This document shows positions 34,853 to 46,290 of a stretch of DNA of 64,000 nucleotides, one piece after another. Under the pieces are notes generated by a model, which was not told where the DNA came from, ran no database searches, and was given only the letters and a program-made list of their open reading frames with translations. This DNA is from Anthoceros angustus (Eukaryota; Plantae; Anthocerotophyta). A program made the translations under genes and the position numbers. The stretch is from the NCBI GenBank assembly GCA_010909165.1, contig VJWM01000106.1:868001-932000 (forward strand). Direction: 5' to 3'. Position 1 is the first letter of the stretch. Every line of letters begins with the position of its first letter.

Positions 34853-35806
34853 TTAAGCGGTATACGCTGTGGTAAAGTATTAATTTCAAGTTTTAAGCAT
34901 TGACGGTATACGCTGTGGTAAAGTATTAATTTCAAGATCTAAGCATTGAGGGTATGGAATACCGATCTCGTCCGGAAGCCCTTTAGGGTTTTTTTCGATG
35001 GTGACAAAAGAAGTTTTCCTGCCGCATACGACGGGAAAACTTCTGGTGTCACACACTTGACGACATCGGGCGGGCGCGCCTCGTGTCCCGATCTCGTCAC
35101 TAAGCTGGTGTGTGTGTGAAGGTCGTTTAGGTTTTGACACACAAGGTTTTCTTTTAGGTCATGTGGCATGGGCCATCGCACATCCATTCGCATGACCCCA
35201 TCTGCCGTCGATTTGCCATAAGGAAACTGCCACGTGCCTTTATGGCGAATAGCGAGGAGGAGCCATCCGCCGGCGCCATGTCGATAGCTGGAGGCACCAT
35301 ACAGCCTTTGTGGTCGAGCGCTGAGGCGCCATGTCGATAGCCTGGGCGCCATGTCGATAGCCTGGAGGCACCATGTACGCCTCGCGCGCCTGGCTTTCGC
35401 AGCCATCCAGGCGTCGTGTGATTGCATTTGGCAGCCATACAGGCCTCGCGCGATAGCAGAAAGAAAAGTGGATGACGAGATTGGCAGCCATACAGGCCTC
35501 GCGCGATAGTAGAAAGAAAAGTGGATGACGAGATTGGCAGCCATACAGGCCTCGGGCGATAGCAGAAAGAAAAGTGGATGACAAGATCGGAACACGAGGG
35601 GGCAAGTTCCGAGACAAAAAAACTTTGTGGCGCCTACGGCACGTCGTCCGCTGATGTGGCGCGTATGTGATGAAGGAATCTTGAAGATGCGCAGGCATCT
35701 TCATGTAGAATACCGGAAGAAAAAAACTTGTCACACACACCCGGCTTCCTGACGAGATCGGTATCCCATATGAGGGTATACGCTGTGGTAAAGTATTAAT
35801 TTCAAG
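34853..35806. repeat. 46-bp tandem repeat x3; the third unit is split by a TIR element
   Basis: TATACGCTGTGGTAAAGTATTAATTTCAAG at 34861, 34907 and 35777. Confidence 0.9.
34953..35770. mobile_element. Non-autonomous TIR DNA transposon, 818 bp, 6-bp TSD (IS3EU-like signature)
   Basis: Ends TATGGAATACCGATCTCGTCCGGAAGCC ... GGCTTCCTGACGAGATCGGTATCCCATA. TSD TGAGGG at 34947-34952 and 35771-35776. Internal 53-bp repeat x3 at 35428-35590. Confidence 0.9.
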
Positions 35807-36792
35807 AAAATAGGGTAGTGCCAAGCTCCGTGTGGCTTTCTGATAAGCCTATGATTACCTTCATCGGAGTAGAACTGTAGTTACAAGTGTGAAAGGAACC
35901 TTCCGAGAGTTTCGGCCGGGATGTCGGACGGGATGCTCTTTCGAAGTGTTCCAAGGTACGTGCTCAATGCAAAACACAACTGCATATGGAGAGGATCACT
36001 ACTAGTCACCACGAGAAATCCAAGGAAAATTGATTGACAGTTTATACGATACACCCAAAGAAACAGCGAGGCCCTTCACAAAATGGACCCACCATGGCAG
36101 CAAGCTTCTATGTACCGATTCATAAAACTAGGCCCCATGTGCAAAGCGGCGGTCACACAGTCCCTGCCATGCATGCGATGCCCCTCGCTAAGTGATTGCC
36201 ACCAGTGGACGTGTGGCAGTAAAGCCCCCCGTTCTCCGGGTCAACTGTAAGACACCCGTCCTCGCACGCAGCGGCCACTGGCCACGTCCCACATCTCGCT
36301 TTCCCCATGACCGAATTCTCTCTCCTACAGATCTCGGAGGCGGAGGACACTATGGATACCCGGAGCGCACCATGACCCGTCTTCTGGCCTCCAACTCTCG
36401 TCCACTCTCCTTGCTCGCCGCACATTCACGATTAGAGGCCTGGTCAGGCATTTTACGTAGAACAAGTAATGCAATTCTAAAACCGGAAGGGCCAGTCAAG
36501 GATAGTGACGACCGGCTAGGTGGCGGACCACGGCTGAACCATGCCACTCCCCTTGCTCGCAGCAGTTCACCCCTGTCCTCCGATTCTTTTCCGGCCCACC
36601 ATGCCTCACCCCCGTCCTCCGATTCTTTTCCGGCCCACCATGCCTCAGTCGCCGTGGTATGGCTCCTCTACTCCTGTTCCGAAGTTGCCGATTTCGGAAA
36701 CATGGGCATGGATCGATAATAAATCAATAATAAAATTCTGAATTTCTATGAATTAACTAAAGTAGAAAAAGTGGGTCTAAAATCTGGAGCCC

Positions 36793-36910
36793 AGACCCTT
36801 GGACGTTTAGGGTTAAGAAGTCAAGCAGACCCGAGATCCATGGACATTTAGGGTTAAGAAGACAAGCAGATCTGAGACCCCTGACGTTTAGGGGTTAAGA
36901 AATCAGGCAG
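36793..36910. repeat. About 41-bp tandem repeat, about 3 copies
   Basis: GGAC(G/A)TTTAGGGTTAAGAAG(T/A)CAAGCAGA units. Confidence 0.8.
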
Positions 36911-36954
36911 CCACCACACAACAAACTATGATTTGAAATCTTGGGGGGAGCACC

Positions 36955-37520
36955 CCAGCGCACTCTGCTCAACCCTGGCGCAGTCTGCTCGACCCCGGCG
37001 CACTCTGCTCGACCCCGACGCACTCCGCTCGACCCCGACGCACTCTACTTGACCCCCGCACACACTTTACTCGACCCTAGCATACACTCCGCTTGATCCC
37101 GACGCACTCTGCTCGACCCCGGTGCACTCTGCTTGACCCTCGCACACACTCTACTCGACCCTAGCGCAATCTACTCGACCCTAGCACACACTCTGCTCGA
37201 CCCCAGCGACCCTAGCACAGTCTACTCGACCCCAACAACCCTAGCGCAGTTTGCTCGACCCCAGCGACCCTAGCGCAATCTGCTCGACCCTAGCACACTC
37301 TGCCGACCCGGCGACCCTAAGCGCAATCTGCCGACCCCTGACCCTAGCGCGATCGCTCGACCCCGACCCTAGCGCGATGCCGACCCCAGCGACCCTAGCG
37401 CAATCTGCTCGACCCCAAGGACCCTAGCACAGTCTGCTCGACCCCAGCGACCCTAGCGCAATCTGCTCGACCCCAGCGACCCTAACGCAATCTGCTCAAC
37501 CCCAGCGCACTCTGCTCGAC
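36955..37520. repeat. GC-rich degenerate minisatellite (20- and 29-bp unit types)
   Basis: Repeated CTCTGCTCGACCCC and GCGACCCTAGCGCAATCTGCTCGACCCCA motifs. Confidence 0.9.
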
Positions 37521-37783
37521 ATATGACCTGCTCGATAATTAGACGCGCCTGCTCGATAATTAGACGCACAGACGCTTCCAGAGACTTCTAAGAAGTTGGA
37601 AAAGCTTGAATCGCTCAAGTCTCTTTGAATTTAAATAATACTACAAAGAATGAAGTCGCCAGTGAGATCCACGAGGCACATTAGTGACCACAGGCTTTTC
37701 TTGGAACCGAAAGGAAACAGCGATGAGAAACATGCGTAATTACAAACTGTGAACCAGGACGGGGGTCACCCTCGAGGCAAGCA

Positions 37784-40700
37784 TCACATCATTTCGTGAA
37801 ATCTCGCGAGGGCCTTCTTTTGGATTACGATTCGATAGCTGTCGCCTGGCTGAGTTTCAAACCGAGCATCGACTTTTCGCTGCTGTGCTTGACTACCTAG
37901 GCCTGCTCTCTCCCCTGATACCTGGGCCTGAACAGGCTCAACAATCCCAGTTCCTTCTTTCCCAAGGCCCTGCGGGAGACAACAAGCAGCTTTGAGCTAT
38001 GTGCTAAATTTCTTGCCAAGGTCGAACACTTGTCAGCCAGTGTTAATGCAGTGGAAGCACCTCCATACAAGTCCTCTAGGCTTCACAATTTTGACACATT
38101 ATCTGTTCATACGCACCGAGCCTTCTTGCCAACCCATGTTGCGAAGCATCCGGTTTCCGACATTCCTCTCATCAATCGCTCTCTCACCAGTAATGACCTC
38201 AAATGACTCTGCTTCTGGACCAGCTAAGACTGGCCCCGAGCCAACCCCAGGTGCTTTGGCTCCGACCCCTGGAGGAAATGGCATGTCCAAACCTCGAGAG
38301 CCTCCCACACCCCTGTTTCCAACACCTGGTGGGAATGGCATCTCCCGACCTTCACAGTCACAAAGATAACATCAGAACACAGAATTCCAGCAACAAACCC
38401 AGGTCAGGCCAGTACCTTGCGAACAATAATTGTACCTTTTTCTTTGATGTCACTATCTACTGCCAAATCACCGGGCAATGAATGGCCATGCAGGTTTCGC
38501 CTTTCTGCTGCTCGGTCTCTATACCCTGATTGGGGGGTCTCTGAAAACCTTCGTTTAGTGCCAGCCATAGGGCCATACGACCCCAAGGCTGAAGCATCTG
38601 TCCTGAATGGAGGTGGTGTGCTTATTTCTGCACATACAGACACTGAAGGTGAGACTGAGGCAGAAGGGGCGCTTGGGGCAGAAGGAAGGCTTGAGGTTGA
38701 AGGGAGGCTTGAGCCAACTCCCAGACCAGTACCAGCACCTCTTCCTGCTCCTCTACCCATTCCTGATCCTGCAACCCCAGAGGAGTTGACTTGTCTGGGC
38801 CTCACAGCACTATCCGCAGGATGATAATTTCCACCAAAGGGATTCCCTGCCCCACGGCCCAGAGTGCTGATTCCACGTCCTACAGACTCTTTGGAGGTGA
38901 TGTCAGCCTTGAATCTGCTTGCACTCATTTGACTTGAAGTGGCCACTGTCGAGGAATTCTGAGCAAATTTGTCACTTGGGTTGACTGCAGAGGCAGGAGC
39001 ACCAGTAACAGAGTCCTCAGGAACTATCAAGCCAGCCTGACCCTCATGCTGACGCTGCTTCCACAGAGACAAAGAAGAGGTGATCTTTTTCTTGCTGCCC
39101 ATCACAGGGCCTTTGCCAAGCCGGGCCTCCCGCTCTCTCTCCTTCATTCTCTCTTTTTCCTTCTTCACAGCAGCCTGCGCAGCAGCAGCTGCTGCTGCAA
39201 CCTGCTCAGCAAGAGAGTGCTTCTTTTCTACACCTGATTCTGGATCAACTAAATTAGTAGATGGGGGAGCAGAAATGACAGCCTTAGAGTGAGCCTCTGC
39301 TGAGGCGTCACCACCCTTGTCATTTCCCACTGCTTTCACAGGATCTTTCACTGCCCGGTTGTCAGCAGTTGGCTCAACGTAGGGCGTATATTGCTGAGTC
39401 TCTTGGTCGTATGTATACCAGACACCATTGTTACCATCATAGTACAAACCTGGAAACAGAGAAAAGACGCAAACGTGACAAGCAAATCAACGCATACTAC
39501 ACTGAAGCTGGATGATAACACCTGACAAGCCATTGATGCATACAGAATATGACCATGAACACGTCCTACAATCTACATTCCGACCTCGGTGTCCGTCATA
39601 GTAGAATCCTGAAGCAGAATCATAATAGTAGCCAGAGGCTTCATCCCAGACAAAACCAGACTGGGGAGCTCTACTGGCTCCTGAGGATGCTTGGTCCGAT
39701 ACAGAGGCTTCGCTTCCAACCACGTGCTGTGTGGTTTGACCTAACCTATCTCTCCCACCCATCCCATTCTTGGAGTGGAAACTGTTGCCTGAGGCAAGCA
39801 TACCAGATAGTGCACCTCGCCCACTGTCTTGGTCTGGATTGTATTCCTTCGGAGCCCAGCCAACTGAATCATACTGCACAAACATGTTCTGTTCCAGTGA
39901 GTGCCCAACACAGCTGGTTTGGTAAATAGAAGGCCTTCCGAAACGGGGAACATGAAAGAGGACTCCCCGCCAGAAAGAATGAATGAAGAAACAAAACCTG
40001 CTGAGCAAAAGTTGCAGCTTCAATAGCAGCAGCTGCAGCTAGGCTGCACTGTGAGCCATGAATGCTCTTGGCAAAAGCTACCCTCAAACACTGTCCATTT
40101 TTTTCAAGTGCAGTCCCGTTTGTAGCCCCCAATGCCTTCGTAGCATCTTCTATCTGTGTAGGAAAGGAGAATACACGGCTTGAACTTGCGCTTCATGATC
40201 AGGGATAAGGATCAAGCGCGGGCCTTCCTCTTTTTCCTTCTAAACGAGCATATACCACCCGATTAAGCAAAACATACCGAGTGAAAATGGACAAACGCAA
40301 AACCTCTCGACACATGGGTGAACTTGTCACGGACAAGGCGCAGATCCTGGAACTCAACAGAACACAAATGTCAGGCTTAATCTGAGAACGTATTTGGAGA
40401 AAACACATCAGATGAGTGCTTACCTTTACATCTTAAGCAGTCAGTCAACAAGGTCAACAATAGCTCTAACATGATAGAAAGAATAAAACTTACCTTTATT
40501 GGAGCATACTTTGAGAACTCATAATGCAGGGTTTCTTCATTGACACTTTCATCCAAACCCCGCACAACCAGTACATGTGTTGGTCCTGCTCGACTACAAT
40601 TGTTCAGCAAAACAATCAAGGACACCCTTCCCCCAAAGGATACACACTTACAGACCATCACTCACATATTCAGAACATCACCTGCTTCAGCTCGCCTCAG

Positions 40701-42800
40701 AAAAGACGCGGGGCCTGCAGATCCCAGATCGACAACTAGGGAGTCCTCGGAGCGCCCCTCATTGCACTGAACCAGGGATATTAAAGTTTGGTCAAAAGAA
40801 GCACCTCCAAAGAAGACGCTAACAAATGAAAGAACTAAGAGGCACACCTGGAAACATAATGTTCGACGAGCAAAGTTCACACATCCACAGACAGCACACA
40901 TCCAATCAGTTACAGCTGAGGTTCCCGTTCGGCTAGAAAATCCGGCACCCACTTGAGGTGCTCCTGCGCCTCCAGTTGGTTTGCTACTGCAACAACACGT
41001 TGTAAACCTTAGACCCAGACCAAGTTAGAGTCCTACCCCCAAGCATCTTCACTCTCGGCTCCAAGACAGACTGCCTAGGCACTAATACTATTCTGCCAGT
41101 TCACCAGGAAGAATACACGACCACCACCAACAAACCTGTACTCAAAGAAGAGGCGTCGACCGTCTACAACCAGCCCATCCCATCCAGCAGTATCCATCAT
41201 CTTCTGGGCGGCCTCCTGCAAACCATCAAGCAAATGTTGATCAGCCTGGACATGCCCCTCTCAAGACACCACTGAACAAACAGTGAAAACGAACAGGTCC
41301 TCGAACGTACCACAGAATGAAAGTCCACGAAGGCAAATCCCCTGGAAGCACCTGAGCTTCTCTCCTTTATTACTCTTACATGCCTCAAAGGACCAAAGTC
41401 AGCCTGTGAAGATGAAGCAAACCAATCCAAATATAGGCACTTCATAAGTTCTCGGGGAAGCATGTCTTGAACACATCCACGAGTATCTCCTCGGTTCTCA
41501 GACCATAAACCGGAAGAAAATGGTCAGTCTCGAATCTAAAAGCGCGAGGACCACATACCAGAGCTTTGTACAGGTCATCTTCAACGATCTTTTGAGAGAG
41601 ACCCTTCACCACAAGGGTCGCGGATGGAGCCTGCAGATTCAGGGTTGCACACAATCGAAGGCCATGGTCAAGCAACCAAAAGAAAAAAGAGAAGCCTCTG
41701 CCATACATGCTTGCACTGAAGAAGAAGACCACTTCAAAAAGCTTGCTCAATCTCCCAAAAAGAGGCATGCTCACCAAGGAAGCTCGATCCTGATGCCGCA
41801 CCAGATCACGGTCTCTCCGTTTATCAGCCCTCCCTTCGTGACGGGCATCCTCATAACTGTCCTCCCGCCAGCTCCTGCTATGCGTCCGAGGAGATCGCGA
41901 TCTGCGCCCATCATGGCTAAACGATCGCGACCTATCCCGTCGCCGCTCTCTCTCAGAGCTGCAATCCCGCTCCCTGCTTCTGCTCCTCTCCCAGTCCCTG
42001 TCTCTCCGCCTCCGCCAATCCCTCTCCCTCCTACCCCTCTCCCTGTCCGAGTCGTAGTCCCGGTGCCTGGAATACTCATGGTCCCCATCCCGGCTCCCCT
42101 CCCGGCTGCCCCTCAAACCCTTCCGGCTGCTGTTGTACTCATAGTCGTCCCCATCGAAACTATCTCGATCCCTACTACTGTGCCTGCCGGCGGGTCTGTC
42201 ATACCCATAATCCCGATACCCTTCCACAAAGCCCACCTTATCGTGCCTCTGCGCCTCCCTAAGGAGTGCTATATCCTCCTCCAGCGACCGCCTCTGCACC
42301 GGCGGCCAGAGGGCCGGGAAATTCTGTGCCCCCATGGAAAAGCCGTCCCGCTCAAGAAGCACGTCCCTCTCAAAAGCTGCTCTGGGATACGAGCTGTCGC
42401 GCGTCGCAAAGCCAGAGTCCGCTCTGGAAAATCCAGCTTCCCCTCTGGGATAGCCAGTGTCTCCTCTGGAATAGGCAGCGGCAGCAGCAGCAGCAGCATC
42501 CCCCCGGATGTAACTACTCTCCCCTCTGGGATACCCACCAGAGTCCCCCCGCTGGTAGCCAGCATCCCGTGCAAAACCTCCATCGACGAAAGCTCTGCCA
42601 CCATAGGCTCCCCCATTTCTATCACAGCAACGAGAGGGGGTGAGAAATTGGTAGCAGTCCATAACTTCACCTCAAGAAGACAAATCAGTGAGCCTGCGAA
42701 CATACAAGCCTCCTCTGAACCCAAAGCCCTCGCAGTCTAGGTATGGCCCCCGGGAATCGTAGTCGCCACTGCCTACCACGCGCGCATCCGCCTCGCTCAT
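37784..42800 (-). CDS. SUA: SUPPRESSOR OF ABI3-5 (RBM5/10-type splicing factor: RS region, RRM, RanBP2 zinc finger, RRM, OCRE, G-patch); start approximate
   Basis: APSATLVVKGLS, SRGFAFVDF, DWMCAVCGCVNFARRTLCFQC, GPTHVLVVRGLDE, GFVWDEASGYYYD, YRDRAAERR, IDERNVGNRMLRNMGWQEG, KKALARF. Confidence 0.93.
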
Positions 42801-45699
42801 AATTCTTCAGCATCATCTTTCCCCGGGTTTCGCCGCTAGGGCTTGATGCATGTCTCTGCGACCTGGAGTTGCCATGCCATCCAAACTCCCCGCTAGGGTT
42901 TCAACTTCGCCAGTCCGCTCTCTCACCCACAATTCGCTCGATACCTTCCTGCCGCCGAGTATATCTACGAGCCGGATCTAACATGGCCCGTTCCGACGGG
43001 GAGGTTAATTCCTTTTTTTTTATCGCTTATAACTCCACTCTATCATATATCGACTCCACTCGACTGGACTTGTATCACTGCTGCGACGTTTCCACTTGCG
43101 CCGCATCGACTTGCTTTTCCACCAATGTAAGGCCTGCGGGTACGGCCTATAATGCCACGTCATCACGAAGCACAACCTCTTGTACTTACTCGACGAGACA
43201 TCCATCCGTCGTCAACAGTGTGCGCGCTTCCCTAATGCTTGCCCCGGGAGCGCAGTCCATGTCCCTGCCCCGCCGCTGCCCATGCCATCGATGCCCTCGT
43301 TCTGGCGGCCGTCGTCGATGCCCCTTAGCCTCGCCGGCGGGGATCGGCCGTCATCAAAATTTATACTTGGGAAGTTGAGCCTTCACTCCTTCTACTTTGG
43401 CCTCACGCTTCTTAATCCGGGATATCCCCGTGTTGGAGGGCTTTGTCCTAGGAGTGGAGGTGGGGGACTGCTCGGTTTTTTAAGGACCTGGCCAGGGACC
43501 TGTAATTCCCTCGGGGTGAAGGTGGTTATGCTCCCATTTCCCTCTTTCCTCCCAGGCGGATTCTAAGGTCTAGAGGCTTCTCTACAAGAAAGGCAATGGG
43601 CAGGTGCTTTAGGCCTTGCTTTTGGATACCTCTGTTGCCCGATCCGCCAGAGCCTGCCTTCGCTCTTGTTCAGGGAAGGGGGCAAGTTCTTGGCTTCTGG
43701 CCCAACCTTGAATCCAGACCTTCCGATTCGCATTAGCTTCTTTCTCTACAGCAATGAGGTTCCTCCTGGGCCTGGTTCAACCTCTGGCCTCTTCTCCCCC
43801 GACTTGCAGCAGTGGAGCCTCCCTCGACGAGCCGGGGATTCACCTAGCCCGTTGTCCAAACAGTGGGCATTGACGTCGTGAGAGACGTCATGTTCATGGT
43901 GGTTAGGGAGAGTTGTTCATGGTGGTTAGGGAGAGTTGCTTTCTTTCTCGGAGGGAACGTGCATCTACATTGCACGACGATGCTCCATCTACATTGCACG
44001 ACGGTGCTCTATCTCTACACTGCACGACGGTGCTCCATGGAGGGAGGGCTGACCTATACTTGGTTTAGGGAACCAAGTTTATGTTGCAGATGTGGTTGTA
44101 ACAAACCCCACATGTGATACTGTCTACGTGCATGTCATCATTTACCCTCCTAGATGGGTGGCTAAGGGGAGGGCGTCAGCCAAAGTCTTCAAGTGCAGGC
44201 CTTTGCAGGAGGGCCACATCTTCATCCCCCTCACTGTTTAGAGACTACGAGGCCATGGTTAAGGGTTTCTCGAAGTTTGTCAAGGGTTGTGCTAGGGTAG
44301 GTCTCCTCCTATCATATATGGTCGCCTTTTTCCTACAATGGATCTCCATCACTCTGAAATCTTCAGGATGGCAACGAACGCGAGAGACGTTCCATCATCA
44401 ATCTCGGTAGTAGGTACATCCTATTATTCACCCGACTAGGATATTTTAGGAGCAAGAGGTAACTTTCAATTAGACTAAGAAAACTCAAACATTAGAATAA
44501 TTAATCAAATGAAGTTAAGTACATAGTCGTTTCTTTGAATGCAATAAGAATGTCATAGAGTCATTTTAAGGTTAATGTTATAGGCTCCACACCCTATATC
44601 TGCTCTATTTGTACCACTTCTAAGCATTCTGCCCTCTTGATTTGTTGTCTTTGCCAATGCTACCATCTGTATAAGCTCCATCGTTGTTTAGGGGTTTGGG
44701 TTCTATAATACTCATTTGCAATTGGCTTGTAATCTAAAACTGAGGTCTCCAAAATGGGCTAGTAAGAGCTTCATGTTTTTTAAAGATACTAAGCAAATTG
44801 CTACTGTCTCATATATTTGGAAATTATTACCATTTATATTTATTTGCAACATCATGCTTGAGTTGATACGCTTTGGGTTTTCGCTTACAAAGTTGGTGGA
44901 TATATAATGACTTTTAGTTCATTATTAGGTAACTATGAAAATATCTCAGCTTAAATCTCCCATAAAGAAATTAGCGCCTATTACCTGGACCAGACTTAGT
45001 CTACGATTGGTTTTGCATACTCTTCCCCAGGCAACTGAATCGAGTTAGCTTCTTTACCTTCACCACTCCAAAGTGGACTTTAATCGTTATCTATGTCGCG
45101 AATAACGTTTTTGATGACCCTTCACGGTGACTCTATGCTAATCACATATCTCAGCTGTTATGTTTTGCAATAAATTTTTCACCAGTGAGCAGAATCCTGT
45201 CTGGGACATTGGGGCCTACAGTTCTGTAACAGTGCGGGCGCGCTACTGGCCTAGTCCAGCCTAGTCCATAGTCTGTGACTGTCAGACTTCGGAACTGCCG
45301 GGTTTGCTGCTGGAGAACCCGGCTGGGAGTTTTCTGAGGAGGTGTGGGAACCTGTATCTTGGACCTGGGCTGTGACGTAGTGGATGAGCTAAGGTGCTCG
45401 CTGGTGGAATGTCCATTGAGCGGATGCTGGGCTTGGGATGCTGGACAATGGTGAGTGGGCAGCTAGGGACTTGGGTGAAACTCTTGTGTTGGCTAGCACT
45501 GGGCGGGGCTGGGCTGGGTCTTGCTGGTTGCTGACTGGTGGTTGTGGGCTGCGGAGTTAGATTTGTCTGTGTTGGGACAGCATCTGACCTGGGCATGGCT
45601 AATCTGGGCGTCTGCCATCGTGTGTGGCTTCAGTTGTGCACCTGATGGTTGATCTCCATTCAGGTGCGGCCATGTTCCTTCTGCAGGCTCATCTTCTGG

Positions 45700-46290
45700 A
45701 TCATTCCTCTTGTTTCTACCATATCTGCACGAACCAGCTCCAGCGTATATGTTTGACATGAGAACATGTGCTGCCGGGCATCTTGGGTTGGGCTTCAACA
45801 TGGATTCAAAGGCACACCTTCCTAACTCCACATTAAAATGTGTACGGCAAGCTCCAAGCAAGGATAGCCACACAACTGCCTGAAGACTGTAGTCCAAAGT
45901 GTTCATAGTTAGCCTTTTGCCGTGCTGATCATATCTCGCAATCCTAGCATTCCTTGACAGCATGTTTTCAGTGGGAAGTCCATTAAATACTGCTCTTTCA
46001 TCTGCAAGTGTGCTGACAAGGCACATCTCCTTGGCCTCCTCTGTTTTGTCAAACCTTGCTAGGAACCACATCTCGCGGGTTTAGTCTTTAACCAACATGG
46101 CGCATCCATCATCGAGGCTTCCAACCTTCGGACAGGTTTGGCCAAACAGGGCATTGTCAACTGTAACTGTGAGATCAGAAACAATGTCCACCGCTGAAAG
46201 CATTCCCGACCACCATGGCGATGATACGCTTGGGCAGCAATTTCATCTGAATCTGGTCAACAGCTTGGTGGGTCTTCCAAAAGACATCAG
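45700..46290 (-). pseudogene. Internally deleted PLS-PPR/E-domain pseudogene
   Basis: SDLTVTVDNAL...KVGSLDDG (S motif); RAVFNGLPTENMLSRNARIARYDQHG (S/P); AVVWLSLLGACRTHFNVELGRCAFESML.PNP...AAHVLMSNIYAGAG (E1/E2). Has stops and frameshifts. Confidence 0.85.

Noticed and set aside
34947-35779. Alternative reading as a MULE with 9-bp TSD TGAGGGTAT
   Set aside because: It makes the termini asymmetric, and copy 1 allows only a 6-bp duplication.
34833-35817. TACC(C)TATTTTC inverted motif around the 46-bp repeats, read as another TIR element
   Set aside because: The match is short and the flanks (TGACCA and GTGCCA) do not form a TSD.
41520-42740. 406-aa plus-strand ORF
   Set aside because: It is antisense to the SUA RS-rich exon.
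43330-44410. Degenerate TE-like coding DNA upstream of SUA
   Set aside because: It has stop-riddled frames and short repeats, but no diagnostic motif to classify it.
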